From Acidimicrobiia bacterium (lineage in GTDB: Bacteria > Actinomycetota > Acidimicrobiia > Spongiisociales > ZC4RG35): a stretch of DNA of 39,904 nucleotides. Shown one piece after another: positions 1 to 8,958 of this stretch; within the stretch, counting starts at the first letter, position 1, and each line of letters opens with the position of its first letter. The DNA lies in assembly GCA_050050035.1 (NCBI GenBank), contig JASFVB010000003.1, forward strand, positions 1 to 39,904, in the 5' to 3' direction. Both the position numbers and the translations under genes were made by a program. The notes under the pieces are model-generated. The model was not told the DNA's origin and did no database searches. It was given only the letters and a program-made list of their open reading frames with translations.

Positions 1-1
1 T

Positions 2-355
2 TTCGAGGACTTGCAGACGGGCAACGGCGCCAACGTCGTGCTCAAGGACGCGCTCACCATCACCATGGCCTCGGGACTGGTTCTCGACGCGGGGACGATC
101 GTCCCGGTGGCGACCTGGCCCACCACCGAGCGGGTCACCGCCGACATCTACGCAGACCTCAACCACGACATCACCGTCGACGCCAAGATGGAGCGCGGCG
201 ACTGTGCGGCGACGGCGTGTGGCGGGCACGGGGACTGCCTGTGCGCTCCCGAGTTCAACCTGGTCGTGCGGGGCAACGACGCCCGGCTCACCGTGGAGGG
301 CATCACCTACCGTTTGGTCCGACCTGCACCCGACGGGACCTGGGCACTGGCGTGA
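2..355 (+). CDS. Hypothetical protein, 5'-truncated by window edge; Cys cluster CAATACGGHGDCLC
   Basis: Open frame from base 2 (FEDLQTG...) to TGA at 353-355 with strong GC3 codon bias; no family recognised. Confidence 0.6.
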   Translation, partial: FEDLQTGNGANVVLKDALTITMASGLVLDAGTIVPVATWPTTERVTADIYADLNHDITVDAKMERGDCAATACGGHGDCLCAPEFNLVVRGNDARLTVEGITYRLVRPAPDGTWALA

Positions 356-410
356 GCTGACACGGGACAGGTGGGCGCCCCCGACCCGTCTCCCCGCTTC
401 GAGTCCTCCG

Positions 411-1904
411 CTACCGAGCCGGCAGCGCTTCGGTGAAGCCCGGCCACTCGGTGAGGACCTGCACTGCGTCACCCCCAACAGAGTGCCTCATCTCGAAGTC
501 ACATCCGGCGACGTCGATGGTGGCCTCGATCCAGGAGTCTCCGTGGCGCCAGGACATCTCGATCTCGTTGGTGGCCTCATTACCGACCGAGAAGCTCCCC
601 TCAAACGCCGGATGTGTGTTGCGGAACCGGATCATCGCAATCAGGTTTCGGACGACGTCTGTCTCCAGTCTTCGCTCGATCTGGTCGGGGTCGAAGTAAG
701 GGCGATTGATGTCCCGGCCGACCCCGGTTCGGGTTAGCAGGTCGACATCGTTCTCGGCCGCCAGTAGCCCCGCGTAATAGATCTGAGGGATTCCCGGGCT
801 GAGCAGCTGGATCAGTCGAGCCAGGAGGTACTTGTCGTCGTCGGAGCCGACGGCACTGAAGTAGGTGGTGTTGATCTGGTAGAGGTCGAGATTGGAGGCC
901 GCCCCCCCGGTGGCCAACCAGCTATCGCCTCCAGTGGCGTCGTGTATGCCCTCGACCAGGTCGTCGATCTGGCTCGCCGTCAAGAGACCCTCGCTCCCAG
1001 ACGCCGGCCCCACGTCCACAACCCCGATCCCGTCGTGCGTGTCGAGGACGGTCACCGCGTTGCGCGGGCTGATCGACAGCCATCGTCTCAGGGGGGACGC
1101 CGAGCCGGTCTGGAGGGCATGGAGCACCAGGGGTGGCAAGGCGAAGTCGTACACACGATCGACGGTGCTCGCCGCGGCGAGCTGGTGGGAGTAGTGAGAG
1201 TGGATCTCCAAAAGGGCCTCCATGCCGCGGGCACGTACGCCGTCGGCCAACTCGTCGACGAACTGATACGTCTCCGGTGTCATGAAGCACGACGTCCCGG
1301 CCCTCTTGATGACGTAGCCGATTGCGTCCAGCCTGATCAGGCCGACCCCGGCCCGGGACAGCCGTTCCAGGATCTCGTATAGGTAGGTCCTGGCCCGTGG
1401 ATGATTGACGTCGAGGTCGACCTGATGCGGGGTGAACGTCGTCCAGAGCAGGTGCTCGGTTCGGTCGGCCGCCGTGAATCTGGTGAAGGGAAGACCCGGG
1501 CGCGGGCGGTAGATCGTCAGTAGGTCGCCCTGTGTCGCCCCTGCTGGGAAGACCGTGTCGTACTCGAGGAACATCCCCGCGCTGTCCGCTTCGTCACCAT
1601 TTGCCAGGAACTCCTGGAACTCCGGCGACTCGTCGGACACGTGGTTGACGATCAGGTCGGCCACGACGTCGTGGGTCTCCGCGATCTTTCTGATGCTCTC
1701 CCAGTTGCCCAGCCTGGGGTCGACAGATTTGTGGTCGATCGGGTCGAACCCGGCGTCGGCGCGGTCGTAGGGGCGATAGAAGGGAAGGATGTGGACTCCT
1801 GTGAACACACCATCGAGTGGGCCGGTGAGGAGATGGTGCAGCGTGGAGAGATCTCCCCGGCCGAATCGGTCCGTGTATGTGATCAGTTGGGCACCGTTGC
1901 GCAC
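411..1904 (-). CDS. gtfA: Sucrose phosphorylase (GH13 subfamily 18)
   Basis: N-terminus (V)RNGAQLITYTDR, GVHILPFY, DAGFDPIDH, DLIVNH, IRLDAIGY (nucleophile Asp), EIHSHY, LDTHDGIG, and loops YRPRPGLPF and NLDLYQINTTY as in Bifidobacterium-type sucrose phosphorylase; start moved to GTG at 1904 by family N-terminus. Confidence 0.9.
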   Translation of the reverse strand: MRNGAQLITYTDRFGRGDLSTLHHLLTGPLDGVFTGVHILPFYRPYDRADAGFDPIDHKSVDPRLGNWESIRKIAETHDVVADLIVNHVSDESPEFQEFLANGDEADSAGMFLEYDTVFPAGATQGDLLTIYRPRPGLPFTRFTAADRTEHLLWTTFTPHQVDLDVNHPRARTYLYEILERLSRAGVGLIRLDAIGYVIKRAGTSCFMTPETYQFVDELADGVRARGMEALLEIHSHYSHQLAAASTVDRVYDFALPPLVLHALQTGSASPLRRWLSISPRNAVTVLDTHDGIGVVDVGPASGSEGLLTASQIDDLVEGIHDATGGDSWLATGGAASNLDLYQINTTYFSAVGSDDDKYLLARLIQLLSPGIPQIYYAGLLAAENDVDLLTRTGVGRDINRPYFDPDQIERRLETDVVRNLIAMIRFRNTHPAFEGSFSVGNEATNEIEMSWRHGDSWIEATIDVAGCDFEMRHSVGGDAVQVLTEWPGFTEALPAR

Positions 1905-1984
1905 CGGCCAAGTCTCGATCGGGTTTGGTCGACCCACAAGTCAACAGACCGCTACGTACTTGGGACCTACTCTTCCGGGTCACC

Positions 1985-2785
1985 GTGAACGGCTTCATCG
2001 ACTCCAGCGGAGAGCGCATCTACTACGAGTCCTGGGGTGACGGTGACGAGACTGTGGTCTTGGGCCACGGCATGGGTGGAAGCCACGCCGTCTGGTACCA
2101 ACAGGTCGCGTTTCTCTCGTCGTGGTATCGGGTGGTCACCTGGGATCAGCGCGGCTTTGGGAGGTCAACGAGCGCAAGCGGCGAGCTCGGCCCCGGAGCG
2201 GCCGTCGACGACATGGTTGCTCTCTTCGAGCAGCTCGAGTTGGACGAGGCGCACGTGGTCGGCCAGTCGATGGGAGGGTGGTCGGCGCTTGGATTCGCCA
2301 TCGAGCACCCCGAGAAGACCCGATCACTCGTCTTGGCCGACACCATCGGCGGCATCTTCACCCCCCGGATCCGTCAGACTCTCACCGAGTACGAGCAGCT
2401 GGTAGCGGCCAGCCCGCCACCCGACCGGCTGCCATTGGGGTATCACCCGGCCGTCGGGGCCCAACTACACGATGAGAATCTCGCCCACTCGTTTCTCTAC
2501 GGTCAGCTCGGGAGCCTCACCCAGCCACCACCACCTACGACCATCATGCCCCTGCTGTTGGCGACCGATCACACCGATCGTGCCGGAGACGTTGCGGCGC
2601 CGACGTTGTTCATCGTCGGTGAACACGACCCCATCTTCCCGCCGGAGCTGATCGAGGAGGCTGCCGCAGCAATCGAGGCCAGTCACGTGGCCGTGGTCGA
2701 GGACACCGGTCATTCGCCGTATTTCGAGCGTCCCGGCCGTTGGAACGGCATCGTTCTCGAGTTCCTGCGACACTCGACTCAATGA
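1985..2785 (+). CDS. Alpha/beta fold hydrolase
   Basis: HGMGG oxyanion motif, WDQRGFGRS, GQSMGG nucleophile elbow, GEHDP, GHSPYFE; likely GTG start at 1985. Confidence 0.88.
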   Translation: MNGFIDSSGERIYYESWGDGDETVVLGHGMGGSHAVWYQQVAFLSSWYRVVTWDQRGFGRSTSASGELGPGAAVDDMVALFEQLELDEAHVVGQSMGGWSALGFAIEHPEKTRSLVLADTIGGIFTPRIRQTLTEYEQLVAASPPPDRLPLGYHPAVGAQLHDENLAHSFLYGQLGSLTQPPPPTTIMPLLLATDHTDRAGDVAAPTLFIVGEHDPIFPPELIEEAAAAIEASHVAVVEDTGHSPYFERPGRWNGIVLEFLRHSTQ

Positions 2786-2798
2786 CCTGGAGCGTCGC

Positions 2799-3494
2799 GT
2801 GAGTGCCAAGGAAATCGTGTCGGGTCTCCACCAGTTCACCCACGGAGGTATCAATGCATTCCTCTTCGACGAGGGTGACGGCGGCTTGACCATGATCGAC
2901 GCGGGTCTCACCAAGCACGGAGAAGCCTTGGAGGCTGACATCCGCTCGATCGGTCGGGAACCAGCTGATCTCACCAGGATCCTGCTGACCCACGCCCATC
3001 CGGACCATCTGGGGAGCGCCAAACAGCTCTCCGGCGGGAAAGCCTCGATAGGTCTCCATGAGGCAGATGCCGACATCGCCAAGGCCGGCGTCATTCACCA
3101 AACGATGAAGGCCGGCCCCGGCCTTCTCAATGGCATCCTGTTCCGCGTGCTCATCGGGAGCAAGCCTGCCGAGTTCCCCGCATTCGAGCCGGACCGGGCT
3201 TTGCGTGACGGCGAGGTGCTCGACGTTGCCGGCGGCCTAGAGGTCATCCACACGCCCGGCCACACCGCAGGACATGTGTCGTTGCTGTGGAAACACGATC
3301 GTGGCCTGCTCGTCACCGGCGACGCTGCGGCCAACATGCTTGGCCTCAACTACATGCTCGGCTACGACGATGTCGAAACGGGGCGGGCGAGTCTGACCAG
3401 GCTGGCTCGCATGGACTTCGAAGCCGCCGTCTTTGGGCACGGGCGGCCGATCCTGTCGGGGGCCTCGGCCAAGTTCTCCAAGAAGTTCGGGTAG
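2799..3494 (+). CDS. MBL-fold metallo-hydrolase
   Basis: THAHPDHLG (HxHxDH), TPGHTAGH, TGDA, FGHG. Confidence 0.9.
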   Translation: MSAKEIVSGLHQFTHGGINAFLFDEGDGGLTMIDAGLTKHGEALEADIRSIGREPADLTRILLTHAHPDHLGSAKQLSGGKASIGLHEADADIAKAGVIHQTMKAGPGLLNGILFRVLIGSKPAEFPAFEPDRALRDGEVLDVAGGLEVIHTPGHTAGHVSLLWKHDRGLLVTGDAAANMLGLNYMLGYDDVETGRASLTRLARMDFEAAVFGHGRPILSGASAKFSKKFG

Positions 3495-3501
3495 GACGCA
3501 A

Positions 3502-3984
3502 GTGGGTCGAGTGGACGATCGCATCGGGGAGTTGGGTCTCGAGCTCCCGCCCGAGGTCCGAGTGCCGGAAGGGGTGGTGCTCCCGTTTGCTTTCGTCAAC
3601 GTGCGGGGTGAACGCGCCCTGGTCTCGGGCCACGGGCCCCAAATGGCGGACGGATCGGTGGCACCCCCGTTTGGCCAGCTCGGTGGGGAGGTGTCGCTGG
3701 AGGAGGGAATCGAGGCGGCCCGACTCACCGCACTGTCGATGCTCGGCTCTCTCCAGAGGGCTCTGGGCAGTCTCGATCGCGTCACCGGCTGGCTGCGAGT
3801 CTTCGGGATGGTCAACTCCGCCCCCGGATTTGACAGCCAGCCAACCGTGATCAACGGTTTCTCCGACCTGATCATCGAGGTGTTCGGCCCAGATGTGGGA
3901 CGACATTCACGGTCTGCGGTGGGGATGGCCGCCCTGCCTTTCGGAATCCCCGTGGAGATAGAGGCCGAAGTCACCGTCGACTAG
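3502..3984 (+). CDS. RidA/YjgF family protein
   Basis: VSGHGP, VINGFSDLIIEVFG, GRHSRSAVG, LPFGIPVEIEAEV; GTG start at 3502 just after the previous stop. Confidence 0.88.
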   Translation: MGRVDDRIGELGLELPPEVRVPEGVVLPFAFVNVRGERALVSGHGPQMADGSVAPPFGQLGGEVSLEEGIEAARLTALSMLGSLQRALGSLDRVTGWLRVFGMVNSAPGFDSQPTVINGFSDLIIEVFGPDVGRHSRSAVGMAALPFGIPVEIEAEVTVD

Positions 3985-4019
3985 ATCGCAACACCCATCT
4001 GTGCACATCCTGCTCAAGA

Positions 4020-4035
4020 GGTGACATCCGGCACT
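4020..4035 (+). promoter_or_regulatory. DosR/OsdR-like 16-bp box GGTGACATCCGGCACT
   Basis: Imperfect palindrome G(T/G)GAC-N4-GGCAC, matched by a second box at 7342-7357 before a paralogous gene. Confidence 0.5.
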
Positions 4036-4093
4036 GGAACGCGTCCGACCCTGGCTGTTTACTGAAAGAGGACTCCGCGAAAGGAGGTGTCTT

Positions 4094-4657
4094 GTGACCG
4101 CAAGACGTGGTGTGACCTCTGATCAGAGGGACACATCCGACGGCGTCGGCCCGGGATGGGGCTTCATGGAATGGCTATTCGGAATCGTCGGTGGGATAGC
4201 CGTCTTCCTGGGGATCTTCATACTCGCGGCCGGCGAGGACCAGTACGTGGGCATCGGTGGCGACCTGTCATGGCGTGTTGGTGACATCTCATCGGCATGG
4301 GCCTATGGGCTGCTCATCGGTGGAGGCGCTCTTTTCCTGATCGCTCTCGGCATGTTCATTGCCGCGAGTCGGTCTGAGAGGGCTGTCCGGACGTCCAACC
4401 GCGCACTCAGCGATCTGCTGATGCATGTTGGCGTGTTCGTGGTGGTCAACGCCTTCATCTGGATCCAGGACATCGCATTGGGCGAAGGGCTGGATTACGC
4501 CTACTGGGTCACCATCCCCTGGGGTCTGGGGCTCGCCGCTCACGCTACGACCTACTACTTCACACGCGGTGCCGAGCAGTCGGCCGCAGATGACATGGTG
4601 GGCAGAAAGCAAGGGGTGCCCGAGAAGGATGAGCCCAAGGAGCTGTCACCTCACTGA
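4094..4657 (+). CDS. Membrane protein with C-terminal 2TM domain
   Basis: AAGGAGG RBS at 4081-4087; four hydrophobic segments; C-terminal HVGVFVVVN...W.TIPWGLGLAAHA typical of the 2TM family. Confidence 0.8.
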   Translation: MTARRGVTSDQRDTSDGVGPGWGFMEWLFGIVGGIAVFLGIFILAAGEDQYVGIGGDLSWRVGDISSAWAYGLLIGGGALFLIALGMFIAASRSERAVRTSNRALSDLLMHVGVFVVVNAFIWIQDIALGEGLDYAYWVTIPWGLGLAAHATTYYFTRGAEQSAADDMVGRKQGVPEKDEPKELSPH

Positions 4658-4677
4658 CCCACAAGTACGTGACACCA

Positions 4678-4705
4678 AGACCGCCCGCCTCGAGGCGGGC
4701 GGTCT
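4678..4705. terminator. Hairpin, probable bidirectional terminator
   Basis: Perfect 28-bp palindrome AGACCGCCCGCCTCGAGGCGGGCGGTCT between convergent ORFs. Confidence 0.7.
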
Positions 4706-4769
4706 CTCGCCCGCAGCGTGGTGTGTGATCGCACGCAGTCACTGATCTCGACCGGGCCGGCGGACGAAT

Positions 4770-4940
4770 TCACTCGGGTGTCTCGTCAGCCTCTGCGATG
4801 GCCTGGGGCATCCAGAGACTCGAGTCGTCTTCCATTGCTTCGCGAGTGTGATCGACGCATAGGAGCCCGTGGGGTGTCTCGAACGCCGCAGGTTGCCCAC
4901 AGCGTTGACACGTCACGGGGGCGGTGACGCTGTTCGACAT
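4770..4940 (-). CDS. Small (56 aa) putative zinc-binding protein, CxxC...CxxH
   Basis: ATG at 4940 gives MSNSVTAPVTCQRCGQPAAFETPHGLLCVDHTREAMEDDSSLWMPQAIAEADETPE; fills an otherwise empty gap and ends before a hairpin. Confidence 0.55.
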   Translation of the reverse strand: MSNSVTAPVTCQRCGQPAAFETPHGLLCVDHTREAMEDDSSLWMPQAIAEADETPE

Positions 4941-5141
4941 ACCTACGTAGTCGGTGTCGGCACCAAATCGGGTATGGGTCGACCGACCTTTGTCGACGTG
5001 ATGATTCCCCCGGTCCACGTTCACCGAACGGCTGACATGGTGTGATCTAGGTCGGCATGGCCTTGGGTGTATGCCACTTCCATGCATGCCAGATGATCAA
5101 GGCGAGCCGAGGCGGAGGAGTTCGCCTTTACTCTCTGGCCG

Positions 5142-7160
5142 ATGTCTCATCCCAGATGGCTCACACGTGCCACCGGACGCACCCCGCGTCTCATGGTGCT
5201 TGCCGCCTTGGTGGGTGTCGGAGCCGGTCTGGGCGCTGTGGTACTGATCCGAGCCCTGGAATGGGTGGGCTCGGGCACCGAGTGGCTCATCGACAACATA
5301 TCGGTTGGTGAACTCACCCTCCTTGCGATCCTCCCTGTAGGGATATGGATCTCGTGGCGACTCGGCGCCTGGTTTGCACCCGAGGTTGCCGGTCACGGTG
5401 TTCCTCAGATCGTCGCCGCCGTCACGGTTCGAGGTGGCCGGATCAGGGCTCGGGTCATGGCGCTGAAGACGGTTGCCACGGCGCTCACGATCGGCAGCGG
5501 TGGATCGGCTGGTCGAGAAGGATCAATCGCCCAGATCGGTTCTTCCATCGGCTCGTGGCTGGCTCGGCTCGCCCGGCTGGCGGAGAACGACATGATCGTC
5601 CTCGTGGCCGCTGGGGCGGGGGCGGGCATCAGCGCGACCTTCAACGCACCCATCGCCGGGATGTTCTTCGCCATGGAGGTGATCCTCCGGCAATTCTCCC
5701 TTCGTCATTTGCACACGATCATCGTCGCCTCCGTCGCCGGAGCGGTGGTGGCCCACAGCGTCATTGGCGAGGCGCTGACCTTCAATGTCCCCCCTTATGC
5801 GTTGGACGACCCGAGACTTCTCATCCTCTATGGGGTGCTCGGGTTGGTCATAGTGCCCTTCGCCTGGTTCTTCCTCGTCTCCCTCGACTGGTTCGATATC
5901 CGAGGCGAGGGGATTCCGGTCTGGATCCGTCCCGTCGTCTTTGCCCTGTTCGTGGCGGTACTGGGTCTCGTCCGCGACGAGGTCCTGGGTACGGGGCAAG
6001 CCTTCGTGAATCAGGTGCTGAGGGGTGAGATCGGCTTCGCCTGGTACACCCTCGCCTTCCTGGCCGCGTTGAAGGCTCTGGCCACTGCGGCCACACTCGG
6101 CGGGCGGGGAGCCGGTGGCATCTTCATGCCCAGCCTCTTCATCGGTGCAACGGCCGGATCCGGTTTCGCCCGACTCGTGGCACCGGCGTGGGGTCTGTCC
6201 GCCGTTTCACCCGGGGCGTTCGGTCTCGTTGGTATGGCTGCCGCTTTCGCCGCCGTGGCCCGGGCTCCGCTGACATCGATCCTCATCGTCTTCGAGATCA
6301 CCGGCGATTACGGGCTTGTGCTGCCCCTCATGGTCGCCACCGCCATTAGCACCTCTCTCGCCGGCCGGGTGAAACCCGAGAGCGCATACAGCGCTCCCCT
6401 CGTCCGCATGGGCATCCATCCCACCCATGGAGCCATCACCGATCTCCTCGACACGGTGGTGGTCGGCGACACGATGCACCGCAACCCGGTCACCGTCGGC
6501 CCCGACTCCACCTTGGGCGAGGTTCAGGGCGTCATGCAGCGCAACCGGACCCATGGCCTGCCCGTTGTCGACAAGGGCCAGCTGATCGGTGTTGTCACCG
6601 AGACTGACATACTCAGAATTGGTGGACCTTCCGACCAGGTCACTGCCAGTGAGGCCATGAGCCCCAATCCAGTCACGGTGAGCCCGACCACACCGGTGTC
6701 CGATGCGTTGGAGCGCATGGCTGCGTTGGGTGTGGGGAGACTGCCGATAGTTGCCGAGGAGGACTCGAACCAGTTGGTGGGCATCTTCAAACGGGAGGAC
6801 GTGGTGAGGGCTTATCACCGCGCACTCGGGGTGAGTGCCCAGGCAGAGAGTCAGTCGGACCGGCTCAAGGCTCGAACCCGGGCAGCGGCCCTGGCCGGCT
6901 ACTCGGACCTGCAGATCCCCATAGGATCTGTCGCCGACGGTCGCCAGGTCAGCGAAATCCCCTGGCCCGAGGGCTGCCTCCTGGTCACGGTTCACCGCGG
7001 GTCGACGGCTCTCATACCCACCGGCAGGACTGTCATCATGGCAGGCGACACGATCACCGTGTTCGCGGGGGCCGACTCAAGAAAACGTCTCCTGGAGAGG
7101 CTTAGCCGGACAACCGACACCGAACAAGACGCCACAGAGAGCTCAGAGCCGGCAACCTAA
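5142..7160 (+). CDS. ClC family chloride channel/transporter with tandem CBS domains and C-terminal TrkA_C (RCK_C) domain
   Basis: GHGVP, GGSAGREGS, FNAPIAG, GGIFMPSLFIGA, APLTSILIVFEITGDY; CBS pair (HGLPVVD, GRLPIV); terminal IPTGRTVIMAGD. Confidence 0.92.
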   Translation: MSHPRWLTRATGRTPRLMVLAALVGVGAGLGAVVLIRALEWVGSGTEWLIDNISVGELTLLAILPVGIWISWRLGAWFAPEVAGHGVPQIVAAVTVRGGRIRARVMALKTVATALTIGSGGSAGREGSIAQIGSSIGSWLARLARLAENDMIVLVAAGAGAGISATFNAPIAGMFFAMEVILRQFSLRHLHTIIVASVAGAVVAHSVIGEALTFNVPPYALDDPRLLILYGVLGLVIVPFAWFFLVSLDWFDIRGEGIPVWIRPVVFALFVAVLGLVRDEVLGTGQAFVNQVLRGEIGFAWYTLAFLAALKALATAATLGGRGAGGIFMPSLFIGATAGSGFARLVAPAWGLSAVSPGAFGLVGMAAAFAAVARAPLTSILIVFEITGDYGLVLPLMVATAISTSLAGRVKPESAYSAPLVRMGIHPTHGAITDLLDTVVVGDTMHRNPVTVGPDSTLGEVQGVMQRNRTHGLPVVDKGQLIGVVTETDILRIGGPSDQVTASEAMSPNPVTVSPTTPVSDALERMAALGVGRLPIVAEEDSNQLVGIFKREDVVRAYHRALGVSAQAESQSDRLKARTRAAALAGYSDLQIPIGSVADGRQVSEIPWPEGCLLVTVHRGSTALIPTGRTVIMAGDTITVFAGADSRKRLLERLSRTTDTEQDATESSEPAT

Positions 7161-7205
7161 CCGGCCGGGTGCCGAACTTCCCGACAGAGCTTTCGTCGAG
7201 GGTTG

Positions 7206-7279
7206 TGGAGCTGAGGGGATTTGAACCCCTGACCCCTTGACTGCCAGTCAAGTGCTCTGCCGAACTGAGCTACAGCCCC
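7206..7279 (-). tRNA. tRNA-Ala (GGC)
   Basis: Reverse complement GGGGCTGTAGCTCAGTTCGGCAGAGCACTTGACT-GGC-AGTCAAGGGGTCAGGGGTTCAAATCCCCTCAGCTCCA; cloverleaf with G3:U70; CCA not encoded. Confidence 0.97.
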
Positions 7280-7341
7280 TTGTGGGGCACTCAGGTTAGA
7301 CCGGCCACGTCTGCACTGAGAACCACGTGCCTCCCCTCCAG

Positions 7342-7357
7342 AGGGACATTTGGCACT
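7342..7357 (+). promoter_or_regulatory. DosR/OsdR-like 16-bp box AGGGACATTTGGCACT
   Basis: Resembles the actinobacterial AGGGAC-N4-GNCCCT box; about 47 bp upstream of the 2TM gene start. Confidence 0.55.
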
Positions 7358-7404
7358 AGCCCGACGACCGCACCCATCGCATGCTGGGGCAGGAGGTGCA
7401 GCAA

Positions 7405-7701
7405 ATGACTTCGGATCCTCAGACAACGACTCCGAACACAGGTGACATACCGGCATGGGCTCGGGAGCGTGCCGAGATGCTCCAGGGTCTCTACATCCAC
7501 GTGCTGGTCTACATCCTGATGAACGCCGGAATCTTCTTCATCAACTGGGCGACCCGTGGTGACGACGGATCGTGGTGGGCCCTTTGGGTCACACTGGTGT
7601 GGGGTCTCGGTCTCCTGACACACATCCTGGTCACCGTTACTCCGGTATTCAGGGCCGACTGGGTGGAGAGACGGGCCGAGCGCATCGCCCGCCAACACTG
7701 A
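7405..7701 (+). CDS. 2TM domain-containing protein
   Basis: AGGAGG RBS at 7391 and ATG at 7405; ARERA...GLYIHVLVYILMN...WWALW..LVWGLGLLTH...DWVERR. Confidence 0.85.
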   Translation: MTSDPQTTTPNTGDIPAWARERAEMLQGLYIHVLVYILMNAGIFFINWATRGDDGSWWALWVTLVWGLGLLTHILVTVTPVFRADWVERRAERIARQH

Positions 7702-7713
7702 GAGGCTGACGTC

Positions 7714-8661
7714 TCAGGCATAGGTGGCGGCCAGCCGCCGACCCACGGCGGCGAGTTCGTCGCGTAGTTCGACCGGCTCGACCACTTCGAATTCGAAAGG
7801 CAGGCTGAGCAGATAGCGAGCCAGCCAGCCGATCTCGTCCGCACCGATGACGAGCCGAGACCTCGTCTTGCCTTGCGGCTCGACCGTGCCGACGTTGGCT
7901 GCGATATGGCGACGCGCGTCCTCCGGATCGGTTTTCAGGATCACCTCAGCGCGGTGCTGCCAGACTTCGACCGCTATCCCCCGCTGAACCAGCTCGACCG
8001 GGTCCGGGGCTTCCCGGCGAGTCGACCGAATCCCTGTCGCCGAGGCATCCGACACCCGATCGAGGCGGAAGGTCCTCCAGTCGTCGCGGTCGAGGTCGAA
8101 GGCGACCAGATACCACCGTCTTCCGGTGTGCACCAGCCGCAAGGGCTCGGTGTGCCGCTCCGACTGACGGCCCTTTGCGTCGACGTATGAGAAACGCATG
8201 CGCAGGCGGGAGCGGGTTGCCGCCGAGGCGGTGGCGAGCACCCCGTGCTCGATCGATGGCAGAGACGATCCAGGCACCGACACCGTGGCCTCAGTGACGT
8301 CCTCGAGCCGCGCCCGCAGGCGGGGAGGCAGCACGTGCTCCAGCTTCACCATCGCCGACAGCGAGGAATCTTCCAGCCCGCTCACCGCCGACGACACCGC
8401 CACCCGCAGCCCCAGCGCAACCGCCAGCGCTTCGTCGTCGTCGAGGAGCAGGGGTGGCAACTTGCCGCCGGCACCGAGCCGGTAGCCGCCACCGGGCCCG
8501 GCGACCGCCTCCACCGGATAGCCGAGTGCCCTGAGTCGGGTCACATCACGTCTGACGGTCCGAGTGGTCACTTCGAGACGTCGGGCAAGATCGGCGGCCG
8601 TCCAGTCGATACGACTCTCCAGAAGCCCGAGCAGCCTGAGCAGTCTCTCCGCGCTGTCCAT
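7714..8661 (-). CDS. YafY-family HTH-WYL transcriptional regulator
   Basis: RLLRLLGLL...LARRLEVTTRTVRRDVTRLRALGYPV HTH, GGGYRL, LPPLLLDDDEA, RRWYLVAFD..RDDWRTFRLDR; start at ATG 8661. Confidence 0.93.
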   Translation of the reverse strand: MDSAERLLRLLGLLESRIDWTAADLARRLEVTTRTVRRDVTRLRALGYPVEAVAGPGGGYRLGAGGKLPPLLLDDDEALAVALGLRVAVSSAVSGLEDSSLSAMVKLEHVLPPRLRARLEDVTEATVSVPGSSLPSIEHGVLATASAATRSRLRMRFSYVDAKGRQSERHTEPLRLVHTGRRWYLVAFDLDRDDWRTFRLDRVSDASATGIRSTRREAPDPVELVQRGIAVEVWQHRAEVILKTDPEDARRHIAANVGTVEPQGKTRSRLVIGADEIGWLARYLLSLPFEFEVVEPVELRDELAAVGRRLAATYA

Positions 8662-8684
8662 GCCGTTCCCAATGTCGACGATTA

Positions 8685-8705
8685 TGCGGACGGAACCTGT
8701 CCGCA
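8685..8705. promoter_or_regulatory. Palindromic operator TGCGGAC-N7-GTCCGCA, probable site for the adjacent WYL regulator
   Basis: Perfect 7-bp inverted repeat in the 89-bp divergent gap, followed by a TACGGT -10-like hexamer at 8714. Confidence 0.65.
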
Positions 8706-8750
8706 ATATCTCGTACGGTAGCAAAGCATCAGACCACGAGGGAATCAGAG

Positions 8751-8930
8751 ATGTTCGTGTACGACTACCGCCAGGTGAAGAAGATCGACCACCAGAGACG
8801 AAGACGGTCGATGTCTCGTTTCGAGATCTCGCGGAATCTTCAGCCGGCAACCCGGGCGGCACGTATGGGCGAGGTCGTCGAGGTGAGCTTCCCCGAGGAA
8901 TGCCGGCACACCGAGCCGATGGGGGCATGA
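8751..8930 (+). CDS. Small protein (59 aa), absent from the ORF track
   Basis: GAGGGA RBS at 8738 and ATG at 8751; MFVYDYRQVKKIDHQRRRRSMSRFEISRNLQPATRAARMGEVVEVSFPEECRHTEPMGA; followed by a hairpin. Confidence 0.6.
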   Translation: MFVYDYRQVKKIDHQRRRRSMSRFEISRNLQPATRAARMGEVVEVSFPEECRHTEPMGA

Positions 8931-8958
8931 CATCCGTGGGAGGGGCCGGGATGGAGAC

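Noticed and set aside
5041-5057. CRP-like site TGTGA-N6-TCGGC upstream of the ClC gene
   Set aside because: Only one half-site matches; not distinguishable from chance
7206-7279. tRNA-Ala as an integration site for an island
   Set aside because: No integrase, and I found no duplicated tRNA 3' end in the window; the TTCGAGTCC at ~398 does not match this tRNA
7714-8661. WYL gene as a marker of an anti-phage defence island
   Set aside because: It is a YafY-type regulator among housekeeping genes with no defence effectors nearby
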